64,000 bases of DNA from Scenedesmus sp. PABB004 (taxonomy: Eukaryota), in the NCBI GenBank assembly GCA_014905635.1, contig JABVCE010000010.1:62001-126000 (forward strand), read 5' to 3'. Below the pieces are notes generated by a model, which was given only the letters and a program-made list of their open reading frames with translations, was not told the DNA's origin and searched no databases. Position 1 is the stretch's first letter; each line of letters begins with the position of its first letter. Shown here one piece after another: positions 12,699 to 24,906 of this stretch. The position numbers were made by a program, and so were the translations under genes.

Positions 12699-12936
12699 CG
12701 GAGAGGCGGGGGGCTGCCGGGAGCGGCAGGGTTCGGGGCCTGGCGCAGAGCTGACGCTTGAACCGCACCGACCCCCGTGGGACAAAAGCCCGCTCACACT
12801 CCTCCCGCGTTTGCGGAGGCCACGGTCCGCAGCACCGCCCTAGCCGCCGCGCACTGAGCAGTGCAGGCTGCGTGCAACAGCGCCGCCGCGCTCCGCCGCC
12901 GCCCCTGGGCCGCCTGTCGCCCACACGACCGGGCGC

Positions 12937-13841
12937 ATGGCGGCCGTCGATGCTTCACAGGCCCTGGAGGCCGCCGCGCTGCAGCCCTACGCCCACCAGG
13001 CGCGCGGCAGCGCGGCGCGGGCGGCAGCAGCGGCGGGGCGGCGCGCCCCGCTCACGCGCGCGCGCCGCGCGGCCGCAGGTCGGCGGGCACGGCCAGGACA
13101 CCACGCAGCCTCAGTGCTCGCAGGCGCGCACCGGCAGCGGCGCCAGCAGCGCTGCTGGCGGCGGCAGGGGCGCGAGCAGTGCTGGCGGCGGCGTCAGCAG
13201 CGCCAGCGGTGGCGGCGGCGGCGGCGACGCGCGCGCCCGCCGGCGAGCAGAGGCCTTCCTGGCTGGCGTGGCGAGCGGCGGCTTTGACGCCACGCTGGAG
13301 GGGCTCCGCGTTGCGGCCGCGGGCGAGGGCTGGGTGGAGTGCGAGCTCGACGTTGGGGAGGCGCACCTCAATCGCTACGGAACCCTCCACGGCGGCGCGA
13401 TCGGTGAGGCGCCGCTGCGCGCACCGCAGCGCGCGCCGGCTGACCGCCGCCGGGGCTGACCGGCCCTGCCGCCGCCGCCGCCGCGGCCGCGCAGCGACGC
13501 TGGTCGACGTCGTGGGCAGCGCCGCGCTGATTACGTCCGCGGACCGCGGCGGTGTGAGCCTGGGGATAAACACGCTCTTTCTCCGCCCCCACCCGGGCGG
13601 CGAGCGGCTGACCGTGACCGCGACCTTGACGAGGCTGGGGCGCGACGTTGCCTTCGTCGACGTGGCGCTCTGCGGCGCCGGCGGCGCCGTCGTGGCCAAG
13701 GGCACGCACGTCAAGAAGCTCGTGCCGGCATCAGACCTGGGCGCCTTTTTTGCGGCCGCCGAGGCAGACGGCGGCGCCGGCGGCGCGCGGCGGGGGGCGC
13801 TGGAGCTGCTGCGCCAGCGGCCGCCGCGCTCGCGGCTGTGA
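12937..13841 (+). CDS. Hotdog-fold acyl-CoA thioesterase (PaaI/ACOT13-like)
   Basis: HLNRYGTLHGGAI|ATLVDVVGSAAL...GVSLGINTLFL...LGRDVAFVDV...VVAKGTHVK; two introns. Confidence 0.88.
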
Positions 13842-14012
13842 GGGGCCGCGCCGGCGCCGCGCAGCAGGGCGTGCGTGTGCGGCCGGACGAGGAGCGGGCG
13901 GTGGGGACTGCCCGGCGGCGCACGCGGGCCCGGGTTCGGTGCAACGCTGCGCCGCGCGTTGCCCGTGCAGCTGCCGCAGGGGTGCGCACCGCGTTGCACC
14001 GCCACGCACCGC

Positions 14013-16300
14013 TCACGCCGCCGCCGCTCGCGCACCGCCCGCGGCGGCGTCGAGCCGCGCGCGCAGGTAGCGCGCCTGCAGCTGCGCGTCGCCGCCGAGC
14101 GCCTGCCACTCTGCGAGCGGCAGCGGCAGCACCGCCAGGCCCAGGCCCTGCAGCACCAGCACCTCCACCGCCGCGCCGCCGCGCAGCCGCCCGGGCGGGC
14201 TGTGGCAGTATCGGCTCTCGTCCAGCACCTGCGGCGGCGGCGCCGGCGCGCGGCGCGCGTCACGTGGGGCCGGCGCGGGGGCGAGCACGCCGCGCTCACG
14301 CGCGGCGCTCGCACCAGCACCGCCGCGGCGCGGCCGTCGGGCAGGGTGACGTACAGGTCCACCAGCGCGGCGGGCGGCGCGCCGTCTTCGCCGGCCTCGA
14401 GCGGCGCCAGCGGCGGCGGCAGCGGCAGCGCGGCGCGGCGCTGCAGCGCGCAGCCCATGGCCTCCAGCGCGCGCAGCATGTCCGCGGGCGCAAGCAGCCC
14501 TGCGTCGGCCCACTGCGCGGCGAGCTCGGGCGCGGCGGCCGCGACCGCGGCGGCGTCCTCGGCGCCCACCGCACCGCGCGCGCTGCCGAGCAGCAGCGCG
14601 TCGGGCTCGGCCTCCTGCACCAGGGCAAACAGCTCCAGCAGCTCCGGCGGCGGACGCGTGCCCTGGGCAGCGAGCAGCAGCAGCGCCTTCCACAGGCGCC
14701 CCAGCGTCTGCGGCTCAAGCTCCAGCACGCCCTTGGGGTCAGCGGCGAACGACTGACGTGGCGGCGGCGGCGTCGTCGGTGGCGATGGCTGCGACCACCG
14801 CCAAGGGTTTGTGCGTGCGCGCGCGCCGGGGCCCCGGCGGCACACGGGCGCCGGCCGCACGCACCTGCAGCGCGAGCTCCACAAACGCCGGCGCCGGCAC
14901 GCGGAAGAACGCGACGCACAGCAGCAGGCTGACCACCTCGTCCGCGCCCAGCGCGCCGGCCCCCTCGCCGCGCGCGCCGCCGCCGCCGCCGCCCTCGGCG
15001 GCCTGCTGTGCGAGCACCGCGTCGGCCGCGGCGCCGACCAGGGCGGGGCAGTATGCCTGAAGGTCGAGCAGCGCGGCCGCCATCGAGATGAGCGGCCCAG
15101 GCTCGGGCGACGCGCCGCGGAACGCGACCGCCTGCGCGCGCGCGGGCGTGCGGGCGGTGGTCGGGCGTGCGCCCGACAGGGCGGCGGTGCGCGGCGCGGA
15201 CGGCGCCGCCGTGCGTGCGTGCGTGGCAGGGAAGGGGAGAGAGGGCCAGCAGGGGGCGAGCGCTCCCCCGTCGCCGCCGCCGCCGTTGCTGCTGCCGCAG
15301 CCCGGCGCTGGCCGGCGCCGCACCTGCGCCGCGAGCTCCTCCAGCAGCTGCTCGTCGTGGTGGCCGTTCAGGCTGAACGCCACGCACAGGCTCAGCAGCA
15401 CGCCCGGCACGAGCGCCGCGGGCAGGGCTGCGAGCGCCGCCGCGCGCGGGGGGCCGGCGCTGACGCCGGCGGCGCCGCCGCCCTGCTGCTCCTGCTGCTG
15501 CTGCTGTTGCTGCTGCTGCGGCGGCTGCTTTTCAGCGAGCTCCGCCGTGACGGCGGCCGCGATGGCGGCGTAGGTGGGCGCGTGGTAGTAGTCGAGCTGC
15601 GCGAGCGCCAGCGCCAGCGCCGCCTGGCTCGGCAGCGGCAGCGCGCCGACCTGCGCCTCCGCGGCGTCGCAGAGCTGCTCCAGCAGGCCCTCGACCTGCA
15701 TGCGGGGAGGGAGGGGGGGGGGGCAGCGCGGCGCGGTGGGCGCGCAAGCGCGCGGCGCCGCCGGCCGCCGCCGCTCGTGGGGCCCGAGCGAGGCGCGGCG
15801 TGCAACGCTGCCGGCAGCGTGCAACGCTGCGCACGCACCAGCTCCAGCTGCTGCAGCACCTGCCCCTCGCTCGCCAGGCTGCCGTGGCCCAGCTTCTCGT
15901 CGCTGATGGTGTCGCGCAGCTGCACCGCGTGCAGCAGCGCGTACACGCACAGCGGCGAGCCCAGCAGCGCGGCGCGCTGGCTCTCCACGAGCGCCGCGAG
16001 CTGCGCGTAGCTCCGTGTGCTGGCCATCACCGACAGCAGCTCCGTGGGGTCCCAGTCACCGTCCTCCGCGCCAGGCTGGCTGCTGGGCGCCGCCTGCGCG
16101 GCGGCGGCGGCCGGCCGCTGCTGCCGCCGCCGCTGCGCGCTGCCGCAGCGGCTGCAGGGTCCGCTGCTGTTCCCCACGCGTTGGTGGGCCTCTAACGACG
16201 GCATTAACGGCACGGCCACAGCGCCGGGCGCGCGGCGCGCGGCGCTGCGCCCGGATGCCGCGTGGCCCGGCGCCACCGCGGCGCGCAGGGGCAGCGCCAT
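14013..16300 (-). CDS. RAP-domain organellar RNA-binding protein (OPR/FAST-like helical repeats)
   Basis: Transit-peptide-like start MALPLRAAVAP; helical repeats; C-terminal VLDESRYCHSPPGRLRG...LQGLGLAVLPLPLAEWQAL...QARYLRARL resembles a RAP domain. Confidence 0.75.
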
Positions 16301-16507
16301 CGGGCGCGGTGCGCGGGGTGTGGACCTTGAAGGTGTACCGATCGCACGGGCCACTGGCGCTGCCGCCACCGCCGCTGTGCCGCCGCTGTGCCGCTGCTGT
16401 GGCGCCGCCGCTGTGCCGCCGCTGTGCCGCCGCCACTGTGCCGGCTGCCACGCGCATCGGCGCGCGCAGCGGTTGCCTCTGAACAAAACCACAGCCGCCG
16501 CGCAGTG

Positions 16508-17868
16508 TCAACTGCGGAACGCCTCGCGCGTGAGGTTGGCGTCAAACGCCGGCAGCTTGGCGGTCGTCGTGGCGTACGCGAGCTTCAGGATCGTCCGCGA
16601 CCCCCGCGTCGACGGCACCACGCGGTGCTCCCAGCCCTCCGCCTGTGCCGCGCGTGCGCGGGCGGGCGCGGGCGGGCGTCGGTCGGCGAGCGCACGCGCG
16701 CTGCGCGCTGCGCGCGCCGCCGCCCCGCCTGCCTCCCTGCCCTGGCCTGCCGCGCGCGCGCGCGCGTCCACCCCACCTCGACCGCGAGCAGCGAGTTGGG
16801 CTCCGTCCAGACGCTGTGCGGCAGCCCCTCCGCGTCGCGCCACTCGGTGCGGCTGTCGCTGGTGTTGTCAATCGTGAAGATCATCTCCCACTGCGGCTCC
16901 TTGAACAGCTGCTCATCCAAGTGCCACGGCATCTCCGCGCCCTGGCGCGCGCGCGGCGGGGCCAAGGCAGCGCAGCCGCGCGGGAGAGGGCGGCCGGGCG
17001 TCGCGGCGCGTCCGCGCGCCCGCGCGGAGCGCAGCGGCCGGCCGCCGGGCTCCTCAACGCAGGCCGGGCGGCGCGGCGCGCACCTTGGGGTACTGCCGCA
17101 GCTCGATCGGAAAGTCACTCAGCGACAGCGGCAGCGCGCTGCGCAGGCGCTGCACGGCGGGCGGGCGGCGGCGGCGCCGCGGCGCTCGAGCGGCGCCGCG
17201 GCGGGCGGTCGCCCGCCCGCCGGCCGTCACTCAGCTGCCCGCCCGCCGGCCGTCCCTCAGCTGCCGCGCCGCACCGTGGTGAGCTGCTCTGCGAGGTCGC
17301 GCGAGCTGAAGACCGCCACCGCCGCCGAGCTGGGCGGCAGGTAGCAGCCCAGGCGGCCCTTGGCGATGCAGTTCAGCTCCTCGCGCAGCTGCGGCCTGGG
17401 CGCACGCGGCCGCGGCGGCAGCGTGAGCTGGCGAGTGGTGGCGGGCGCAGCCGCGCCCCGCCGCCCGCCGCCGCACGCGTGTTCACTCACTGCAGCTTGC
17501 GCGCCTCGGACTGCACCGCGGCAAAGTCGTGGGGCGACAGCAGGTGGGGGATGTAGACCACTTTCGCCGGTGCCGACCCGAACGGGCGCGCCGCCGCCGC
17601 CTCGACGGCGGGCGCGCGCCGGCCCCGGCCCGCGAGCGCCGCGTGCAGCGCCGCCGCCGGGTGGTGCGGCAGCCAGCCCCGGCCGCTGCAGGAGGCGCCA
17701 GCCGCGGACGCCGCCCGCGGCGGCATCGGCCGGGGCCGGGGCGCTGCTGTCGCCGCCGGCCGCTGCTGCTGTTGCCGCTGTGGTGGCGGCTGCGAGCGCT
17801 GGCTGGTGCCTGGTTAGACTGGGCAGTGCAGAATCGGTCTGTGCAACGCTGGCGCGCGGCGGGGCCAT
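16508..17868 (-). CDS. Putative 2-oxoglutarate/Fe(II)-dependent oxygenase-like protein
   Basis: Spliced ...PIELRQYPK|GAEMPWHLDEQLF...EPNSLLAVE|AEGWEHRVVPSTRGSRTILK: HxD...H triad plus a downstream Arg. Confidence 0.65.
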
Positions 17869-18003
17869 GTGTGCGTCACAGCGGTCGTTGGCGTTTGACG
17901 TCGTTTCGGCGCCTCAAACGTCGCCGCCGCGCCCGCGTTTGCGATTCCCGCCCGAGCCACGCCAGAGTGACGACCCGACGCCGCCGCCCGCGACCGGCGC
18001 GCG

Positions 18004-20114
18004 ATGTTGGGGGCGCGCGCGGGCCGCGGCGGCGCCGGCGCCTTCGGGAGCGCTGCCGCGGGCGACGCCGCGGACGCCGCCGCCTTCTTCCTGATCGCGG
18101 TGCGTGCGGGTCAGCTTCTGCAGACGTAGACACAGACGCCGGGGGGCAGCAGCCAGCGCAGCGCGGCCGCTGCGGCAGCTGCCGCCGCCGCGCCCGCTGC
18201 TGCACACGCCGTCGGCGTGCGCACGCCGCCGCCGCTGCACCCGCACACGCCGCCGCCGTCACACGCCGCCGCCGCCGCCGCAGGTCGGCTACAAGACGCC
18301 GTGGACGGCGATCGCATCGCTGCTGCACCAGCTCGCAGACTCTCACGGCGGGGGCGTCCTGCTTCAGCTCAACCTGGCGTACCTCGTCCCCAGCCTCCCC
18401 CTGCTCGCCGTGCACGCCGCGGCCGCGGACGCGCTCGAGCGGCGCCTCGGCCTGCCGCGCGCGGTGCTCGCCCGGCTCGGCGCCGGCCTGTGCGGCCTCG
18501 CGGCGCTGGCGCTCGCGCTGCCGGCGGCATGCGGCAGCCTGCCGTCGCTGCTGGCGGCGACCGCGGCCGTGGGGTGCAGCTACGCCCTCGCGTTCGGCAC
18601 GTCGCAGGCGCTCGTCACGCACTTTGCCGCCGCCAGCCAGCGCGCGCTGAGCGCGGGCTTTGTCGCGTGCGGCGGCGTCGTGCTCGCGGCAGACGTGTGG
18701 ATCAAGCGCGGCGCGCCCAACTACGACGCGGCCGGTGTCGCTGTCTTGTTCCGCGTCGTCGCGGCGGCGGCCCTGCTCGGCTGGGCTGCGGCGGCCGCGC
18801 TGGTGCGGCGCCACCGGCGCCGCCTGGACGCCGCGGGCGCGCAGCGCAGCGGCCGCGCCGGCGCGGCGGCGCGAGGCGGCGGCGGCGGCCTGCTCGGCGG
18901 CCCGTCCGACGGCGGCGGCCGCAGCAGCGGCGGCGCGCACATTATCAGCCTCGCGACCGCGGCCGCGCCGCGGCCGGGTGGCGGCCTCGGGCTGCGCCAC
19001 CACGGGCCGGGCGGCCTGCCAGAAGCTGCGCCGGCCGCCGAGGCGGGCCTGGCGGCGCAGCCGCACCCCGGCGCGGAGCGCGCGCCCGCGCACGGCCGGC
19101 CCGGCTCGGGCCGCGGCTCGCATCCGCGCCGCGCGCGCCTCGCGGCCTGGTCGCGCGCGGGCTGCGCCGCCGCCGTGCAGCTCGGGGCGCAGCTGCGGCT
19201 CGGCGCTGCGTTGTGGCCCGCCGTGGTGGGGCTGGGGCTCAGTGTGTGGTCCAGCATGGTGGCGTTTCCCTTTTTCACCTTTGTCCCGCGCTCCGGCGCG
19301 CTCGGCGAGCGCCTGCCCCAGGCGCGTGCGCGCGCGCGCGCGCGCGCGGCAGCGGCGCCAGGGCTCGGGGCTGGCAGGGGTGGCAGGGGGCTGGCAGGCA
19401 GCCCGGTCACACCCCTCGTCACCCCTCTTGCCACCCCTCCCGCCACCCCTCCCGCCGCAGGTGCTCTTTTACAGCAGGCTGCTGGGCGACGTCGGGGGCC
19501 GCCTCGTGCCCGTGCCTGGCCTGCACCTCGCGAGCGGCCGCGCCGTGGCCGCCGCCGGCGCGGCCAAGGCCTGCGCGCTGCTGCTGCTGCTGCCGGCGCT
19601 GCTGTCGCCGCGAATCGTGGGCGGCGATTGGGCGCTCTCGGCTCTGGTGTTTGCCTATTGGGTGTCGAGCGGCGCCATCAACACCGCCGCGCTGCTCGCC
19701 GCGCCGCGCCTAGCCGTGGCGGCGGCGGCCAGCGCGGGCGGCGGCCGGCGGCTGCTCGGGCTGCCGGCGCTCGACGGCGGCGAGGCCGACGTGCCCTGGC
19801 ACGACGCCAAGGCGCGTGGCATCAGCGGCGCTGGCGTCCGAGCCAGGGCCGGCGGCCTTATGGCGCTGGTCTTCCAGGCGTCGTGCCTGGGTGGCCTGCT
19901 CGCGGCGTGGGCGCTGCAGAGCGCGATGCTGGCGGGCTGGGGCCGCCCCGCGCTCGGCGGCGGCCCCTGGCCCGGAAGCGGCGCGGCGGCTGCTGCAGCG
20001 GCGGCGGTGAGCGTGGCGAGCAGCGGCGGCACGGCGGCAGCTGCGCTGCAGCCGGGCGCGGCGGCTGCAGCAGCAGCTGGTGGCGCTGCTGCGGCGCTGC
20101 CAGATGTGACGTGA
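18004..20114 (+). CDS. Equilibrative nucleoside transporter (ENT)-like membrane protein
   Basis: Many hydrophobic helices; AFFLIA|VGYKTPWTAI, LNLAYLVPSLP, LSVWSSMVAFPFFTFVP, YSRLLGDVGGR resemble ENT motifs. Confidence 0.7.
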
Positions 20115-20285
20115 GCGCCGACGGCCGCCGGGCGGCGTTGCAACTCGAGCCGTCTCCCCCGCCGCCAAGCCCGGGCTGCGGGCATGCAATGGGATCGCCA
20201 CACGTTCAACGGTGCCGCGCGGTGCAGTGCCCAGCCCCCTCCCCCCTCGGCCGCGCCGCTCGCGGGCGGGCCCGTGAGCCCGGGC

Positions 20286-23200
20286 TCACGCGCTCGTCGG
20301 CTCGTCGGCGTCGCCAAAGACAAAGTGTACGTCGACTGTCTCGCCCCTGACCTGGCCGACGGCCGCGACCATCGGGTCGCCGCCGCTGAGCGTGGTGCCG
20401 GCCAGCCGTGCGGCCGTGGGGGCGTCCTTGGCGTCGTCGTCGTCGTTGTCGCTGCCCTTGCCGAAGCGGCTGCTGAGCTTGTCGGCCAGCGCCGCCGCCT
20501 GGGCCTTGAAGTCCGGCACGCTCACCGCCTGCAGGCTGGGGAGCTTCAGGCTCGGCGCCGCGCCGTCCGGCGCGAGCACGGTCGGCAGGGCGGGGACCTT
20601 TTTCAGCACCGCCGCGGCCTGCTGCAGGAGGGAGTCGGGGATGACCAGCGCCTGGGGCGCGGCCGCGGCGGCCGCGCCGTCGGGTGCGGGCCTCGAGAAG
20701 AACTGCGCCGTGATGTTGGTCATGACGATGGCCGGCAGCTTGGGCAGGCCCGGCAGCAGCGCCCGCAGCTTCGCCTCGGCGTCGCCGGCCAGCTCCAGCT
20801 TGGGCAGCGACGCGCGCGCGGCGAGGCCGGAGACCCACTTGCTCACGACGGTTGGCAGGTCTGGCACGGCCCAGCTGAGCGACGCGCCGTGCGCCGGCGC
20901 CGGCGGGGGCGGGGGTGCGTCGGCGGCGGCGTGCGCCTGCTGCGGCACAAAGCGGCGGACGAGCTCCGACAGGCTGGGCAGCGAAACCCCTTCCAGCGAC
21001 AGCGGGGCGGCCTTGCCGGCGTCAGCGTCGGCGGCGTCGCGCACGAGGTGGGGCAGGCTGGACATATTGGGCAGCAGCGCCACAACGCCGGGCAGGGCCT
21101 TGGCAGGGATGGCAAACGACCGCAGCGACACGTTGGCCGGCACCTGCGGCGGGCGCGGCGACGCGACGTGAGGGCGCACGTGAGCGCACCCGGCGCGTCG
21201 CGGCGCGGCTGCCGCCACGCGGCACGCCGCGCCGCGGCTGCCGCCACGCGGCACGCCGCGCCGCGGCTGCCGCCACGCGGCACGCCGCGCCGCGCCGCAC
21301 GCGCCTTGAGCAGCGGCGCGCTGATGTTGGGCAGCAGCAGCGCCGGGGCCTTGAAGCCCGGCACGAGCGCAGCGAGCGCCGCGAGCTTTGCCGTGGGGAG
21401 GGTAAGGTTTGGCACGACGGCCTTGGCGTTCACCGCCGCGATCCAGTCGCGCAGCGCCTCGGCCACGGTCATGTTGACCAGCGCCTTGCCCCACGCGAGC
21501 GAGGGCAGCAGGCTCACGTTCTTGGCGGGCAGGCTCAGCGCGATCGCGTCCCCCGCGTCGGACACGGAGCCGCCGCCCGGCAGCGAGACCGACCACCCGG
21601 GCGAGGGCTTGGCGGGGCCGCCGAAGCCGCAGTCGCAGGCGCGCCAGGCGCGCGCGACGTACGTCCCGCTCGCGTCGTAGTCACCGCCGGCGGGCGGCGC
21701 GGCGCCGGGCTCGGGCTTGTGCCCCTCCGTGGCGATGCAGGGGTGCCCGACCGCGGCGGCGCCGCTCGGGTGCAGCTTGGCGGTCGCGCCCATTGCGACG
21801 ACGCGCCCTGTGCAGAAGCCGCCGATGCCGCTGCCGAGCAAGGCCTTGGACGCGCAGCCCGGCTTGTCCAGCTTGCACGCCAGGTTGGCGCACGCGTCGC
21901 CGGGGCCGCCCACGAGCGGGCCGGGCGTGAGGTTGGTGCCAGAGCAGTCCAGGGCGTCCACCTCACGGCCCATCCCGCCGAGCGCGCAGGAGCTGCTCGG
22001 GCACAGCCCGCCCGAGCACGCCAGGCCGGGCGAGCAGGGGCGACCGCTGGCGCCGGCAGCAGCCGCCGGGGCAGCCGCGGGCGTCGCCGCCGGCTCCGCC
22101 TCGGGCGCCGGCGCGGGGGTGGCCGCTGCTGCGGGGGTGGCCTCTGCTGCGGGCGCAGGCGCAGCCGCGAGCGCCGGCTCAGCAGCGGCTACAGGCGCAG
22201 CCGTGACGTCCACGGCAGCGTTAGGCGCAGGCTCGGTGGCCGGCTCCGGCTCGGCCTTGGCGGCCGGCTCCGTGGCCGGCTCCGGCTGAGCCGTGGCGCC
22301 CGGCTGCGCCGCGGCGGCGGGTGGCACCTCCGTGACGACCGGCTCAGCCGCAGGCGGTGCTGGCAGCGCGGCGTCCGGCTCAGCCGTGGCTCTCGCCTCC
22401 GTGCCAACCACCACGCCGCCGCCGGCGGCGGCGGCCGCATCCACAGGCGCCGGCGCTGCCGCGTCGACAGGCGCCGCCGCTGCCGCGTCGACAGGCGCCG
22501 CCGCTGCCGCGTCGACAGGCGCCGCCGCTGCCGCGTCGACAGGCGCCGCCGCTGCCGCGTCGACAGGCGCCGCCGCTGCCGCATCGACAGGCGCCGCCGC
22601 GGCCGCGTCGACAGCCGCGGCAGCGGCGTCGGGCTTGACCTGCGCGATGCGGTGCGCGTCGCTTGGCACGCCGGGCAGCACGACGGGCGCCGCCAGCTCC
22701 ATCGCCGCGGCCGCCGCGCCAGCAGCGGGCGCGACGAGGTCGTCCACGGTGGCGGGCGCGCCCTGGCAGGGGCGAACCCAGACGACCTGCAGCTGCTGCA
22801 GCGGGCCCTCCACGTGCGCCTTGAAAAAGCCAACGGCCGCGCCGGCGGCCGGCTTGTTGCCCTGTCGGGGCGTGGCGGAGGGGTCGTGAGCCGACCTGGC
22901 CGCGCGGTGGCCGCCGTCGCCGCTGCCGCAGTCGCGCGCGCGCCCGTGCACCTGCAGCGGCACGTCCAGGTCTGCGTCGCCGACGGCCACCGTGCGGCCG
23001 GTGCTGGTGGTCAGCCTCAGGAAGGCGATGCACCTGGGCAGTGATGGCGGCGGGGTGGCGGCGGTGGCGCGGCGGTGCCGGGGCGGCTGTCAGAGCCGAG
23101 CGCCCCCCGAGCCGCGCGGCGCTGGCGGGCGCGGCACTGGCGGGCGCGGCGCTGGCGGGCGCGGCGCTGGCGGGCGCGGCACTGGCGGGCGCGGCGCGCG

Positions 23201-23809
23201 CACTGTGTGATCTTGTAGTCGACGCCGACCACGACCTCGTCCGGCCCCAGCTCCAGGGACTCGGCCGGCAGCGGCGCGCCCTGGCCCAGCAGCGCGGGCG
23301 CGCCGCCGCCGTAGCGCGCGGCCAGGCCGGCGACGCAGCCCGTGGCTGGGTCGTGGTACAGCGTGACCCCAGACAGAGCGCCCGCCAGCTTCCACGTCGA
23401 CTCCTGCTCTACGCCGGTGAATGAGGCCAGCCAGGGCGCGCCAAACATGGTGGTGCTGCTGTCGACGCAGCCGGGATCGCCTGCGGCGACCGCGCACCGG
23501 CCGCGGCTCAGCCGCGCTCGTGGCGGCGGTGCGCGGCGCTGCTGCACGGGTTGAAGCTGGCCGAGAAAAGCTGCCGCAGCAGTCCCGGCGCACGGCACTA
23601 AGGGGGCCAGCCGAGCGGCGCCGGCCGCGCGCGCCGAGCTGCTGCTGTGCGCTGCTGGCCGCGCTGCCGTGCGCGCGCCCCGGCTGCGCCCAGCTGCCGT
23701 GCCCCAGCCCAAGCGGCAGCGTGCCCCCCTCCACACCTGTCACGGAGCTCGCGATGCCCAGCAGCAGCAGCACGCCAGCGGCCAGGAGCTGGCCGGCGAG
23801 GCGCGCCAT
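20286..23809 (-). CDS. Secreted jacalin-like lectin / Cys-rich / Leu-Pro-repeat protein, paralog A
   Basis: Signal peptide MARLAGQLLAAGVLLLLGIASSVTG; jacalin-like LELGPDEVVVGVDYK...CIAFLRLTTSTGRTVAVG...FFKAH...LQQLQVVW; Cys block CANLACKLDKPGCASK...GGFCTGRVVAMG...GHPC...AWRACDC. Confidence 0.8.
22437..22625 (-). repeat. 24-bp coding tandem repeat (PVDAAAAA) x ~8
   Basis: Repeated gcgtcgacaggcgccgccgctgcc. Confidence 0.9.
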
Positions 23810-24340
23810 TGCAGGCCCCTGCTGCCGCGGGCGGGGGCGCGCGGGGGCGGAGCTGGTGCGCAAAAGATCGATCAAGCCAAGGCAACGCTCCCGGGATCCA
23901 GATTGCGACCTGGAGCGCCGTCTGCGGTGCGGGAGGGGCGCCAACCAGATGATGTACGTGGCGGTTTCAGGGCGCCCGCGCGATTGGCGAGCGACGCAAC
24001 TGCGAGGTGTGCCCTCTCGGCCGGCTCGAGCTGCTGAGTGGCCCGTGGAGCTGCCGCGCACTGCGATAGGCGGCGATTGGGCTGCCGCGATTGCGAGCTG
24101 GCAGCGGCGAGGGCGGCCCCGCCGCGCTGCGGCTGGTCAGCGGTCCGTGAGCAGGGCGGGTGCTGATGCGCAGCTGATCTGTGTCGCCTGGCTCGCCTGA
24201 CCAGCCCTGCGGCGCTGGAAGCAGGCGCGCAGGGGCAGCAGCCAGGGGCTGGCGACGGCTCACAGCGCTTGGCCGCCGCGTGGCGCGCTCCACGCAGGCC
24301 GCCATCGCACCAGCACGTCACACAGCTGGTGATCACCGCC
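23508..24340 (-). repeat. Inverted repeat 2, left copy (~833 bp): promoter, signal-peptide exon and most of intron 1 of paralog A
   Basis: Reverse complement of 29131-29964 with a handful of substitutions and small indels. Confidence 0.95.
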
Positions 24341-24906
24341 GCATCGCGCCAGGCCCCTGCTAATGCGGCGCCCCGCCGCCGCGGGCGCGCGGCGCGCCGT
24401 GTGGCGTCCGGCGCCGCCCGTGGTCAGTCGACACAATCGCCGCCGCTCCTACACAATGCGCGCATTCTCTTGGTCTGCAGGCTCAGCGCCGATTGCAGCC
24501 GGCAGCCGCGCGCGCCGCGAGGCAAGCGGCTGGCGCCGCCGGCGGTTGAGCGCTTGCTGGGCCCTGCCGGCCGCCACGCAGCGCGCCCGGCCGACTCGAC
24601 GCGAGGAGCGTGCTTGAGCTTGCCACCTAGGTCGTGTGAACCATCAGCGCCGCTGGCCCGCGTTGTGGAGTCCCGAGCCAGGCTCGCATCAGGCCGCGCG
24701 GCAGCTCGGCAGGTGGGTCCTGGGGCGTGCGATACACTGCCCGGGAGCCGTCGGCGGCCCCCCGGGGCCTCGCACACGCGCCGGCCGGGGAGGAGCCGTT
24801 GTAGTGCTCGGGGCGCGCCCAGCGCTCGCGCGGGCTCGGCGCAGCTCCCTAACGTGCCCACGTGCTCCGGACGGGGCTCGACGCACCGAACGCAGCAGAA
24901 CCGGCG

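Noticed and set aside
21200..23200. Short tandem arrays (intronic at ~21200-21295 and ~23115-23195; coding at 22437-22625) as a CRISPR-like array
   Set aside because: Head-to-tail repeats without unique spacers, no cas genes, eukaryotic context.
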